From NCBI GenBank assembly GCA_951406725.2, contig OX597816.1:91388001-91452000 (forward strand): a stretch of 64,000 bases of DNA. Direction: 5' to 3'. The stretch comes from Octopus vulgaris. Its lineage: Eukaryota. The notes beneath the pieces are model-generated. The model made no database searches. It saw only the letters and a program-made list of their open reading frames with translations, and was not told the origin of the DNA. The translations under genes and the position numbers were made by a program. Of this stretch, positions 50,035-64,000 are shown piece after piece (position 1 is the stretch's first letter; the number at the start of each line of letters is the position of its first letter).

Positions 50035-51085
50035 AATAAAAAGAGTGCAAACCTCCGCCAGGGCAACACCAATGTCCTCTCGACGATTAGCCAGAAATGA
50101 TTTTTAAAATGAGAGCATCTCAAATAATCTCGATTGCTCTCACAAATGAGAATACTAAAAAATGAACCCGACCGCTCTCAAAAATTAAGTAAAAAGAAAA
50201 ACGGAAAAGTAATCTTTGTTCAGTACCCGATCGATCCCGATAGTAGTCATGGAATGTGAAGACGGGTGTGCAGACCGTATTTATAATGCTGTGTGTGGGT
50301 CGTCTGCAGTGGGAACAGGGACGGTTTTCTCTATGAAGGCCTTTTTTAGTCTATCCACTGATATAATATCTTTACGACCATTAAGGTCTATAGTAAAAAA
50401 TTCATTCGTGCGTGAAAGAAAACGAAAGGACCTGTAAACGGTGTTGTTAACGGAGGTTTAACAACAATGTTTCGCACAAAAACATGAGTCCGAGAAGTAA
50501 AGCTTCCTTCAGGCAGAGCTAGAAATGCAATTGTCAAGTAGGTAAGAGGTTTTAAACAGAAGCGGTATATTCAAAATAAGTAAAACTAAAAATTGTCGAG
50601 GATAAATTAAATTATCGTTACCGAATATGTTAGTGCTATTTAATTTCTGAGCAGTTTTGCTACTGTTTATTTATGTTGCTTGATTTCTTTATTCATCAGT
50701 TTCTACTAAGATAGAGACGAGAGTAAAATTAATAATAGAGAAACGAAAATAATACTTTGGAAACAGCAACGCCGCCATTACTTACGTGGAAACCATGAGT
50801 GTGCTTTCAAGAGAGATAATCAGGGCAAGACTTGAAAGTCAACGTAAGATCGTAATACTTCATGTAAAGTAAATTAAATAAAACAAATAATCCAGAAACC
50901 TTTTCCGGTACCGGATCAATCTCAAAATCTAATCAGTTCGTCCCAGTCACGAGGCCAAACATCCCTGAAAGTTTCATCCGAATCCATCCAGCTGTTCTTA
51001 AGATATCTTGTCCACGGACAAACAAACAAACAAACACGACTGAAAAAAAAAAACCCTCCACCTTCGCTAAGGCGGAGGTAATAAT
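50035..51085 (-). mobile_element. Two partial HINE/Helentron copies (50035-50245 and 50885-51085) around unrelated sequence
   Basis: Reverse-complement matches to the 3' and 5' parts of 12653-13030. Confidence 0.7.
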
Positions 51086-51661
51086 AATTTCTAAATTTAG
51101 CAAAAAATAAGACATTTTGAGATAGGATCATACACAATTTAATTCCAGTATTTAACTGATACTTATTTTATCGACCTTATTTGGAATAAAGGGCAAAGTT
51201 GTAATGGAGACACTGAGGTATGAGTATAGTATTGTGAGAGATTGTTATATCGACTATTTTTATTTATAACATAAGACGTAAGTGAACACCTTTAGCAAAA
51301 ATGTATTGTCCGTGGAAGAGGCAATCAAGATTACCTTTCTTGAAACCAAGACAGATACTTGAAATTTACGTATGTATACAATTGTATATGCATGTCACTT
51401 TGTAAAGCTGTATGGTCTGAAATTATATAAAAAAAAAATAATAACAATATCCCATACTTTCTCATGCATGGATAATGCTTCTATATTTCTAATTCAAAAT
51501 TAGCCAAAATACACTTACTATTATATTCATATACACATACACTCGCAGACACACACTTACATATGCACATGCACTCGCAGACACACGCGTAGTCCCACAA
51601 ACACACATATATATGCATGCATGCATACATACATACATACATACATACATACATACATACA

Positions 51662-51692
<31 letters not shown>

Positions 51693-52053
51693 GTTCACAC
51701 ACACGCACGCATGCACACACTCACTCACAAAAACATAATTCAAAGTTGAAAGAATTCAACAGGAAATTCTTATATTGGTTCTTATTTGTCTGTTGTTATA
51801 ACTTTGCATTTCATTTACTCAATACATCTTTTATGAATATATTTTATAAAAATAGCATCTTGTTTTATGCTATGGAAAACTTATAAGACAAACAGACAAT
51901 CTTTCTAATGCGTGTCAGTAAACATCGGTATTGTCTTTGACTTTTACTCTCTCTCTCTCTCTCTCTTTCTCTCCTTCTTCCTTTCTCTTTATGAATCTCT
52001 CTTTCACCAAATCTCCGTATGTGCGTGTGTCTCTGTCTCTCTCTTCCTCTCTC

Positions 52054-52089
<36 letters not shown>

Positions 52090-52189
52090 TCTCTCCTGTA
52101 TGTCCAAGTCACTTCAGTTTTTACGTCTTATCCCATCAATAACGTAAATGAACACAAAGTGCTTGTTTATAAAATAAAATAACATTTCA

Positions 52190-52411
52190 TATATATGTGT
52201 GTGTGTGTGTGTGTATGTATATATGTATATGTATATATGTATACATATGTATATGTATATATGTTTATATATGTATATGTATATATATGTATATGTATAT
52301 ATGTATACATATATATATGTATATATGTATATGTATATAAGTATACATATATATATGTATATATGTATATGTATATATGTATACATATAGATATGTATAT
52401 ATGTATATATG

Positions 52412-52444
<33 letters not shown>

Positions 52445-52757
52445 GTATATATTATATATATATATATATGTATATATATATGTATATAAATGTATGTATA
52501 TACATATGTATATATATGTATATATATATATGTATATAAATGTATGTATATATATATGTATATTTATGTATGATATATAAATGTATGTATATATATATGT
52601 ATATTTATGTATGATATATATATGTATGATATATATGTGTATATATATATGCATGTATATATGTATGTATATATATGTATATATATGTATGTATATATAT
52701 ATATATGCATGAATATATATATGTATATATATATATATGTATATATTTATATGTATA

Positions 52758-52800
<43 letters not shown>

Positions 52801-53025
52801 GTATATATATATATGTATATATATATGTATATATATATGTGTATATATATATGTGTATATATATATGTATATATATATGTATATATATATGTATATATAT
52901 ATGTGTATATATATATGTGTATATATATATGTGTATATATATGTGTATATATATATATGTGTATATATATATGTGTATATATATATATGTATATATATAT
53001 GTGTATATATATGTATATATATATG

Positions 53026-53056
<31 letters not shown>

Positions 53057-53297
53057 GTATATATATATGTGTATATATATGTATATATATATGTGTATAT
53101 ATATATATATGTATATATATATATGTATATATATGTATATATATATGTATATATATATATGTATATATATGTATATATATATGTGTATATATATATGTGT
53201 ATATATATATATGTATATATATATATGTGTATATATATGTATATATATATGTGCATATATATGTATGTATATATATATATACATATAAATATATTTG

Positions 53298-53333
<36 letters not shown>

Positions 53334-53360
53334 CATGTATGTATGTATTTATGTATACAA
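52190..53360. repeat. ~1.2-kb compound (TA)n/(TATG)n microsatellite
   Basis: Directly visible. Produces spurious YI/IY ORFs. Confidence 0.95.
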
Positions 53361-53537
53361 CTCTTGGTATAAGAAATATAAATCTAAGATGGAAAAATTA
53401 CTGGATAACGAATAAACAATAAAAATAATCTTAACTAAATTTAAACCCAATGATGTAATATCGACTTAGTGTCATAATAAATGCTTTAGAGCTTAATCTG
53501 ATTTTCAGAGAATAGCATATTACTCGTGTCAAACTAC

Positions 53538-53605
<68 letters not shown>

Positions 53606-53613
53606 TTCTTTCT

Positions 53614-53655
<42 letters not shown>

Positions 53656-53728
53656 TCTCCAATATTAAACAGAAGAATATTGCCTATATATGTGTACCAC
53701 ATTATTACACACACACACATACACACAC

Positions 53729-53829
<101 letters not shown>

Positions 53830-54696
53830 AATACGTGTATCAGCGAACAGGTATTTACAAACGTATTCTTCTATATCAATCTTAGAATGAGAGAGAGAGA
53901 GAGAGAGAGAGATTACAAGGTAGAGAGAAAAACTGATAGACGAACATAGAAAAATGTATAGGAAGACAGATAGTTAGGATAGGATGTCAAATATATAAGA
54001 AAATAGACTTATCTTTTACCACTGAAGTTATCGCAAGAAAACTTTAAATTGTATCTTAGAAGAAGAGAGAAACATTTTGATTTCTTCAATACTTATTTGG
54101 AATCTATCAGAGTTAAGATTACCAAAAGAGTAGAGTTAAATGCATTACAATAATTGGTTTCGTTTCTCTCGGTTCTATGTTAATACAACTGTAAAGCGGA
54201 AATAATTTTCCCTTGGCTCCAAGGTTAACAAATATGTATCTAATGAAGTTGCCCTAAGATATCCTTGGTTTTTAAGTCTTGACAAACCGATTTATGCCTA
54301 TTGCTTTTCAGATGTAAGTATGAGTATATGTATGTTTCAAGTTGGAGGATTTAGTAATACAGTTTCACATCAAGGTATCTGAAATTGCAAAATTTTGCAT
54401 AGGAGCGAGTTTTATCAAAGAGAAACTCATAGAGTATGTGATTTTTTCTGATATTTTTTTCCGAATCCGACCAGCATCTAAAAGAAAATCTATGAATGTC
54501 GTATACCCAAAAACACTAAAAAAAAAGAAAAGAATTTGCAAGAGGAACTGATTAGAAAAATTATTCGCTGTAATTGTATAAATTAATACAGTAGTATTTC
54601 GCAGACAATATTTTTAAACTGTATAATTTAATTTTCGTTATTTATTTTTTTTCAATTTTTATAAGGCTTAACTTATATAACAATGAAAGAAATTTT

Positions 54697-55475
54697 TGTA
54701 TACAGTTCTCAGGTACACTACTACAAAGAAGGAAAAAAACGCCATCAGGTGTACTGTTGGCGGATTTCAGGAAGCATGGAAGTGTTGAAGGATGTAGTGT
54801 CTCGACAGCTTACGACTAATGCGGGTAGTTTATTCCATACTTCACCAATCTGGGCGTGGAAAAAGTGTTTTGGAAAATCGTGGGTGCTGTGTTGTTGTTT
54901 TTTTTATTATTTTGTAAGCATGCTCACAAGTGTTTGTTATATGGAATTCAAAAAGTGCCCAAGGATGTTGTTGGAAAGATGGTGGATAATTTTGTGGGTG
55001 TCTACCAAGTTAGTTGTCAGACGTTTGAGCTTCGGTGTGTCCATACCTAGGGAAGCAAGACGTTCAGAGTATGGTAGATGATGCCTGATGGCGAGCATTC
55101 GTTTCGTTGCACGTTTCTGAACAGTTTCCACAAGATTTATATGCTGAGAAAGGGAGGGGTTCCAGACTGGTGAAGCAAATTCTAAGTGTGGACGTCCATT
55201 GTCATATACAGTTTTAAATGAATAGCTGGAGAGCAGCTGACAAAAGTCTTATTGAGTGATGCTAGGACACCCTCAGCGATCTTAGAGATATGGTTTGTCC
55301 AACGCAGATCGCTGTTTATAATAATACCCAGATCACCTTCATTGGAAGACTTCTTGAGATTGGTGTTGCTGGGGGAGTATGTAAAGGCTGGGTTTTTCTT
55401 GAACCAGCTAAATTGAATGAAAGCAACAATTATAAGTGAATCAACATTCCTGCCCCAGCTGAAACATTTATCCAA
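54697..55475 (-). mobile_element. CR1-like LINE 3' portion
   Basis: DLGIIINSDLRWTNHI and ETVQKRATKR..LPYSERLASLGMDT. Confidence 0.85.
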
Positions 55476-55507
55476 AATATTGTGAATTTATATAATTGTA
55501 TTTATTT

Positions 55508-55870
55508 CAACGTAAGGTGTACTAGCCATCTGAATGTGGCTAGCCACTGGAGGTGGGGTGTTACTGATGCTTTTAGCCCCAGGCGATCAACGTCACCAGA
55601 TGGACTTTAGACACAAAATTTCAGTGCCCTTGTGTTATTTGCAAAGGGAGGTCATCCTCCCTCGAAAACCTAAGTGTGCCTCTCGTCAACGCATGGTAAA
55701 CACCGGTTTTCGATGAAGGAGACTCTCTGCAAATAATATTTAACGTTTTTCACAGCAACCACAGTCACTGATTTAGAAAAACTGTCTGAAAGCATTAATA
55801 AATCTCTGAACGAGATATAAACAGTAACCGCTCGACAACGTAAGGTGTACTAGCCATCTGAATGTGGCTA
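55508..55870. mobile_element. 328-bp unit with exact 35-bp terminal direct repeat (pLTR/retrozyme-like)
   Basis: CAACGTAAGGTGTACTAGCCATCTGAATGTGGCTA at 55508-55542 and 55836-55870. Confidence 0.6.
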
Positions 55871-56049
55871 TTTCAGGTATTAATAAACCCAAGTAAGACC
55901 GTGTACAGCTGTTATTTAAGTATACAAAGTACACGCTGCCTTATAAATAAGTACTAAATAGTGTTTATAAATAATAAGCTGGGGAGAATATTGTAAAATT
56001 TCTTTCGGCCACTTGAAGTATTTCAAATATTCACCAAATATTCACAAAA

Positions 56050-56460
56050 GGCGTAGGAGTGGCTGTGTGGTAAGTAGCTTGCTTACCAACTACATGGTCC
56101 TGGATTCAGCCTCACTGCGTGGCACCTTGGGTAAGTGTCTTCTACTGTAGCCTCGGGCCGATCAAAGCCTTGTGAGTGGCGTTGGTAGACGGAAACTGAA
56201 AGAAGCCCGTCGTATACACACACACACACATATATATATGTATGTATGTATATATTTGTGTGACTGTTCTCCCAACATCGCTTGACAACCGACGCTGGTG
56301 TGTTTACGTCCCCGTCACTTAGCGGTTCGGCAAGAGAGACCGATAGAATAAGTACTAGGTTTACAAATAATAAGTCCTAGGGTCGATTTGTTCGACTAAA
56401 GGCGATGCTTCAGCATGGCCGTATTCAAATGACTGAAACAAGTAAAAGAAGATAAAAGAA
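56050..56460 (+). mobile_element. tRNA-derived SINE, family B (CpG-rich copy); partial copies follow at 56522-56740 and 57000-57300
   Basis: Full family B consensus with A/B boxes and a ctgaaacaagtaaaaga tail. Confidence 0.88.
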
Positions 56461-56695
56461 AGATAATTTTCAAAAAATGTAGTCTTGCATACTGATGACG
56501 AAAATCGCATTTTTTTTTCCTACGTGGCTGTGTGGTAAGAAGCTTGCTTACCAAACACATGGTACCAGGTTCAGTCCCTCTGCCTGGTAACCTAGGCAAG
56601 TGTTTTCTAATATAGCCTCGGGCCGACCAATGCCTTGTAAGTGGACTTGGTCGATGGAAACCGAAAGCCTGTGGTGTATATATATCTGTGTGTGT

Positions 56696-56729
<34 letters not shown>

Positions 56730-57038
56730 TGTCTGATGGATTCTTCTGTCGAAGACGTATGAGCGTTCATCAGTACTGAAAGGGGTCCATAGATAAAAAA
56801 TGGTTGAGAACCCCTGGTCGAAGCCATCACATACTGCAACCTTCGATATTCTATACAAAATAGGTTCGATCAATAGGAAAGTAAATAATTGCATTTTATT
56901 AAAGTATAACCTTAAAATCCATTACAATTATTTCTCAGTAATCAAAATATGATTTAGAATTAATGCATTTTGTTTTTTGTATCTGGTTTGCAAGATTCTT
57001 TATGTGAATTTGGCAGATGGAAACCACGTGGGAGCTTG

Positions 57039-57100
<62 letters not shown>

Positions 57101-57502
57101 TGCATTTGTGTTTGTCCCTCATCATCGCTTGACAACCGATGCTGGTTTGTTTACGTCCTCATAACCTAGCAGTTCTGCAAAAGAAGCCAATAGATTAAGT
57201 GTATGATTTTTAAAAAATTAGATAAATCCTGTTCAACAAAACCTTTCAACGGCGATGCCCCAACATGGTCACAGTCTAATGTGTGAATCAAGTTAGAAAT
57301 AAAAGGTGAAGGTAGGGTTCCTTGAGGAAAATAACGCGAGAAAGTTATACATTAGTGTCAGGATTTCTAACATTGGCACATGTAAATAGATTTTGGTAAT
57401 AACTCAAATAGATTCCATTATTCCGTTTTTGTATTTAATTTGCTATTGTGATGTAAACACGTGTGTTTACATTATAATTGATGGATAGAAAAAATTTCGC
57501 TG

Positions 57503-57871
57503 TATTTTGGGAGGGTCATTATGCCAATAATAAACTCACACTGGTTTAATTTCACTTCTTTATTCATTAGTCAATTCGTCTATTATTTATTCAATTAATT
57601 GGTCGCTTGCTTAATCAGTCGGTTAAATAGTCAATCAGTTGTCAAAGTCCTTTCGTCGCCATTCACGGCTTCATCAATGGCACGTGCTTTCTCCTCCTGG
57701 TCTGTATCAAATCAATCAATTGACTGATTGTTTAACCGACTGATTAAACAAGCAATTGATTAGTTAGTAAAATAACTAAACAGTTAATTAATTAAGGTGA
57801 AATCGAACCAGTGCGTGTTTTTCTTTTTTTTTTTTTATTTTATTATTATTGGAGTAATGACCCTCAAAATA
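57503..57871 (-). mobile_element. Fold-back non-coding element with a decayed hammerhead motif in its loop (second family)
   Basis: Arms gagggtcatta..cactggtttaatttcac / gtgaaatcgaaccagtg..taatgaccctc and ttaatcagtcggttaaa / tttaaccgactgattaa. HHR-like motif at 57641-57681. Confidence 0.6.
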
Positions 57872-58264
57872 GACAAATAATTCCACTATTTGAGTGGTAG
57901 ACTTTTACGAACTGAAAATGATAAGACAAAAACGAAATAACGTGTCGTTGTGGTTTGAATTCCGAATGTAAGGAAATATAAATCCTTTAATTCTACCGAC
58001 TCTGTTGGTCCATTCCTTTTAACGATGTTTAAAATAATAATTTGTAACATAAAGAGAAGTTTACGAATTCTAAGTTAGGGACTAGTTCATGAAACCAATT
58101 CCAGTATTTGTCTGCTAATTTGTTATCGTCCCCAAATGGATGAAAGATACAGTGGATATCAGTAGGATCTGAACTCTAGATACAAATGAACGTAAATAAA
58201 TAGCGCGGTTTTCCCCCTCGACATTCTGCCACACCCGCTGCCTGTTTTAGTATATTTAATAAAC

Positions 58265-58492
58265 TTTTCTGCTATAGGCGCAAGGCCTGAAATTTGCGAT
58301 TGGAGTTGTAGGGTGAGTGGAGTAAGTCTATTACATCGACTCCAGTGCCCAACTGTGACTTATTTTATCGGCCCCCTAAAGGATTAAAGGCAAAGTCGAC
58401 ATTAGCGGAATTTGAACTCAGAACGAAAAGCCAGAAGAAATGCTGTTAAACATTTAATCTAGCTTGCCAACGATTCTACCAGCTCGCCGCCT
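58265..58492 (-). mobile_element. tRNA-derived SINE, family A (CpG-rich copy)
   Basis: Reverse complement of the family A consensus. Confidence 0.8.
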
Positions 58493-58569
58493 TTTAAGGC
58501 GTACTTAATGAAAGCGTATTGCTATAATTAAATTAAAATTAGCCTGAAAAGATTGAAAAAGGAATTAAG

Positions 58570-60955
58570 ATGGTTTTCAACTTTTCAAACTTGTCCAACA
58601 AAATACCCGAAAAAAGAACTGGATGTATGAAAACTTTATTTTTCATAAAAAACATCACGACCAACGTACTTGCAACAAAATAGTCCTCCTCGATATTTTC
58701 CTCAATGTGAAGTGCGAAGGATGCTTTGTCAAGCTAAGACGCGTGCTCTATGTCACGAAGGAGCAAAAGCTGTTCGATGCAGGCGGCAACAAAATTACAA
58801 TTGAGTCTTTGGCAGACCATGATGAGTGCGTATTGTTCAATTCCAAGTAGATACATGCAGCTTTCCACTAGCTTGGCTGTTTGGAATGAGTGACGAACCA
58901 GATCAGCGGATGGACTTGCTGCAAATCTCGACAGCGAAAGTGAAGAGTTGCAAAAGGCTGATAACAGCCGCTGAAATATGGGAAGCAATGACTAGCTGTA
59001 TGAAGGGCAAATCGCCTGGTTTTGATAATCTGCGCTACGGACTTTACACCTTCATGCCAGACTTGTTCGGTGACCTTTGGGTAAATGTTTACCGAAAAGG
59101 CAACAAAACAGATGAGTTCCCAATTCTATGGAATGGTGGCGTTTCTAAGAAAAGTTCCGAATAAGAGGAGCTAGAATAAGTATCTAGCATGGATGGGGTC
59201 CTGATCATCTTACAAGAATCGAAATTTTTCGATAGAGTCGACCACCGATACACTGTTTTGGTTCCGTATAGAGAGGCTGGGTTATTACATCTGCTCAGTG
59301 GTCAGAGTAAATGGCTACCAGAATCGTTCAGTATCATGTTCTCTGTGCGTCATGGTTGTCCTGTATAGACGCTTCTGTATTTACTGACTCTAGAGCCACA
59401 ACTGCAGGAACTAGAAACTTTGAAATGTGTGTGGACGTCACTGTAATAGTGCCAGATGCCAAGCATATCGAAATGATGAGCACTATTATAAGGGAATACG
59501 AAGCGGTGAAAGAAGCCAAAATTAGCCAGGAAAAGTCAATGAATCTGGAACTAGGCAACTGGAGACGCAAATCCATGCTGTCCAACAGCCTCATGGGACG
59601 CTGGATGAACAGACTGGTTATATTGCTTGAGGTCTTGTTTGGCCCATATATTCAGATGGGAAAGAACTGGCTCGAGGTAAGGTGCAAGGCTCTCACTCTC
59701 AGAAACTGGCCCAGAAATTATCTCTGAAGGGTCGGGCATATTTGACGAACACCTACATTGCTCCTGACATTTTTACCTCCTGACCGTCGTGCCTTGCTCC
59801 GGTTCACGTCTAGAGCATCTGGTCTTCGGCTTTTTGCGGAAGTCATGCATTCTACTTGTCAAATAGCCCATCTGCTGTCAACACTCGCTACGTGGAGGCC
59901 TGGGTATGACGTGGCTAATGATGCGCAGACATGCACTGAGGTTACATCTCCAGCGTTTACTGAACAGTGAACACGTGTGGTCACTGATTGTCAAACAGTT
60001 TTTCTCTCAACTCTTCTCTGCAAAAGAGCGGCAGTTCTGGGTCAAGAGCTAGAGCGCCTGGCATCTAGAATGCAGTTTAATTCTCAGAGCTTCTGCATTG
60101 GTATTCTGTAGAGGATTAGTGGCGAGCAAAAGCGACGACGTTCTCGGGAAAACTCTGAGCCTCGAAGAAAATCAGCAGGGTGATCCGATCTAGGGGACTT
60201 TTAGTCCTGACTTACGGATAATTTCCAGAAATCCTTAGGGTGGCAGTGCTGATCGCGAGCATTGCCGATTTGAGATAAACTCTAGAAATATCACCAGCCG
60301 GTCCTGTCCGAGTTGTGCGCAGAGCAATGAACCCATTCTATAGGGAATCGTGCTGTGTTCGTACATTGCTGACTTGTGTACTACTGTTGAACAGCTGCCA
60401 TCACGTGTGGAACGGATCCGGCTATCAGTAGAATTCATTATGAAGATCGTCGCTCTCTTTCTTTGGACAGAAAATACAGGCTGTTTGTATTTGTCTAGTG
60501 GCCATGGCGAAAAAGGTTGTGTGGTGGACAAGCTTGAAAGAGCTGAAGACAGTACTTTCTTTTTTTGGCCAATGCCTCATCAACTTTTTCGAGATTCACT
60601 TGAAAAGAAATCCGAAGATTGTGGGGTGGGAAAGTTAGCTTCTAGCAAATTCGTTGAAAGGAAGATGAGAGGAACGAGCATGATCCGAATGGATGGGCCT
60701 TTTATGAGTATACTTTTTCCATAATTGGAGGGGAACAACATGGAATGGGTGCATTGCTTTAGTGGTTAGTGGGGTATCCACGAGTAACACTCGGAGGTCC
60801 TTCTGCCACTGAGGAATATTCCTCGTTTAAAATTTTCGTGTAACCAAGTTGTTTTTGTTTACATTTTGTTTACATGCATAAACTCGCCTCTGTTTTTATA
60901 ACCTTGTCGCTGTAATCTCCTCGTTTGTGTGAGCCCTGGTGGCTAATAAAGAAAC
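58570..60955 (+). mobile_element. Tx1/L1-clade LINE ORF2, degenerate
   Basis: ITAAEIWEAMTSCMKGKSPGFD, YEAVKEAKISQEKS..LGNW, CPSC zinc-knuckle remnant. The 3' end ggctaataaagaaac is followed by (ATC)n(ATT)n. Confidence 0.8.
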
Positions 60956-61035
60956 CATCACCACCGCCATCATCATCATCGTCATCATCATCATCATCAT
61001 CATCCTTATCACCATCATCATCATCATCATCATCA

Positions 61036-61090
<55 letters not shown>

Positions 61091-61921
61091 CATCATTATT
61101 ATATCTTTACATCTTACCTCTACACTTTGCCTATTCACTGAGATAAGAAGTAGGGATTAGAGGTCTTTTTTTTTGGCTCTTTATGTTTTTATTTTGTTTT
61201 GTTTATTATCTATTTTCTCGAGTGTCGCCTTCCCCTTCCCCTTTGTTTATCTATATTTTCTTAATTCTGTATTTCCCCTCACCCAGATTTTATTCTTTTT
61301 CCTTTTTTTTCTTTTTCTTTTTTTTTTTACCTTTGCTACATTTTAACATCATCCCACGTACATTTTCTTTTTCTTCTTTTTTTTTCTATCTTTTCTTTTC
61401 TTTTCTTAAGTATTCCTCTTTCAATATTTCAGCCTCTGATGTTTTCTACAGATTACTGTCCGTCCATTCTCGTGTTATTTTAACTCGTTTCTAGCGCTCC
61501 CTAGTGATTGACATTAAGATGTCTCGCTAATGTCAGTCATTGTTGCTGTCAATCCGACAGAAATACGCACTGTCTCATGAAAGTTGTTTAAAATAGGTTA
61601 GCTTTAAGTGAATTTAGCGGGGCGGAAGACACAAAGAATGTCGGTTGTCTCACCTAATACTCTCCTCCAGGAGGGAAAGAACTTTTAACAATTCATCTGC
61701 TCAAGCGGAACTCACTGTTGTAATCGGATTTAAAAGGTCTGCTGTGCCAGAAAACCATTTCTTTATTACTGTGTCTTACTCTCTTGTTCCCCCGTAAGCT
61801 ATCCTAAAGGGCGGGCGCGAATAAAATGAGAAGAAAACATGATCTTTTATATTACAAGGTGAACATGCTGATATGAAACCTGTTTTTAAAACATTTTATT
61901 GTAATTTTATTATTGTTATTA

Positions 61922-61976
<55 letters not shown>

Positions 61977-62213
61977 GTTAAAAATATCAGATCACCAGAG
62001 TAGTTCTGTTGCTCATCACTCTCTATAGAAATTTATTTATTTATTTATTTATCATCTCTTTTGCGAAGATCATTTTCCTGGGGTGGGGATAAATAGCATT
62101 ATATTAGTGATAACTGCTAGATCACACCCTAACCACTACTGAACTGTTATGATTGTTTATACAAATTTGCATCAATTTTGAATCCATGCTCACATATAAA
62201 TATACACACACAT

Positions 62214-62331
<118 letters not shown>

Positions 62332-63299
62332 TCACACCCATCTGTACACATACAAACGATAAACAACATTAAGTAGGCTTAGTTAACCAACAATATACAT
62401 ACATCAAATCATTTTGTCTCAGTTGGCTCCAAAGAAGCGCCATCATAAGCTGGAATAGAAGACAGAATGCCACGCTATAAACTTGAAGGTAAAACAAAAA
62501 AAGAGTTATTTTGTTATTCTTATTTGAATTATTATCAGAAACACAAAGAATATTGGGCAACCTCAACGAAAATAATGATCATTATCTATAATTATCATTT
62601 ATAATAACAATTCTGAACACTTTTGTAACAGAATGCCAACAAATTTCGTTTCTTAAATTTCTTCAAATTTTAGTGGTTATCTGATATATTTTCAGTACTG
62701 GATTTTTCTTTCTTTCTTGTAGGATATCTCTACCTCTCTCTCTCTCTCTCTCTTTCTGTAAAGTAAATCAGCCATTTAACCGCAGGATATTTGCCAGTAT
62801 AGTCGCCACTGTATAAAATATGAAATCATTTTGAATAAAAATTTTTAAAAAAACTGAAATAACATTTACCAGCAAAAAGATAAAATAACAATATAAATTC
62901 GTTAAATATTTAGAAATCACAAATGCAATAAATCTCTCTTTAAAAAAAAGAGAGAAAAGCATTAGAAGTTTTCAGAATATTTATTATTGATTAAATTTTC
63001 TCTTAGAATGTGATGCTGTCTGATGCAATTCTTAAACGAGAACAATAGCAAAATTGAAAACAATAAAGTTTGGCTATAGCATATGGGGTAATATTTAAGA
63101 TGTACTCCGTACAATATATTTGTAATAGGGTGTGTGTGTGTGTGTTATATTATATATATCATATAAAAACTAAATCATACCTAAACGTTCAAGAAGCAAA
63201 TACGCACACAAACTTATTTTATCGATATATACACACAGCTCTACAGACACTGACATATAGCACACACACACACACATAGATACATACATTCATTCATAT

Positions 63300-64000
<701 letters not shown>

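Noticed and set aside
56050-56130. tRNA gene
   Set aside because: The A/B boxes belong to SINE heads. No complete cloverleaf, and the sequence continues into the SINE body.
56485-56512. CTGATGACGAAA on the + strand (hammerhead core words)
   Set aside because: No stem II between CUGAUGA and GAAA, and no stem I/III pairing.

Overview
AT-rich, repeat-dense eukaryotic DNA. The SINE/LINE families and microsatellite load suggest a cephalopod (Octopus-like) genome; this is an inference. Bases 1-45.4 kb hold the 3' part of one + strand multi-exon gene. Eleven phase-consistent GT-AG exons run from 572 to a stop at 45373, followed by AATAAA, plus a candidate 24-nt microexon. Its C-terminal motifs resemble WDR97-like proteins. 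The introns and the downstream intergenic 19 kb are filled with degenerate mobile elements: RTE, Dong/R4, Tx1 and CR1 LINEs, tRNA-derived SINEs, mariner/Tc1, Chapaev3, Academ-like, Helitron/Helentron elements, and hAT, pogo and piggyBac-type MITEs. Almost all ORFs in the supplied track are TE fragments or microsatellite artefacts. Main observations: (1) several minimal hammerhead-ribozyme motifs, all on the - strand, three of them in the loop of long fold-back (rod-like) non-coding elements, two of which are copies of one family; (2) a tandemly duplicated exon/intron module in the gene, with one exon copy apparently split by a Chapaev3 transposon; (3) a CpG-decay contrast between intronic and intergenic TE copies, suggesting gene-body methylation.
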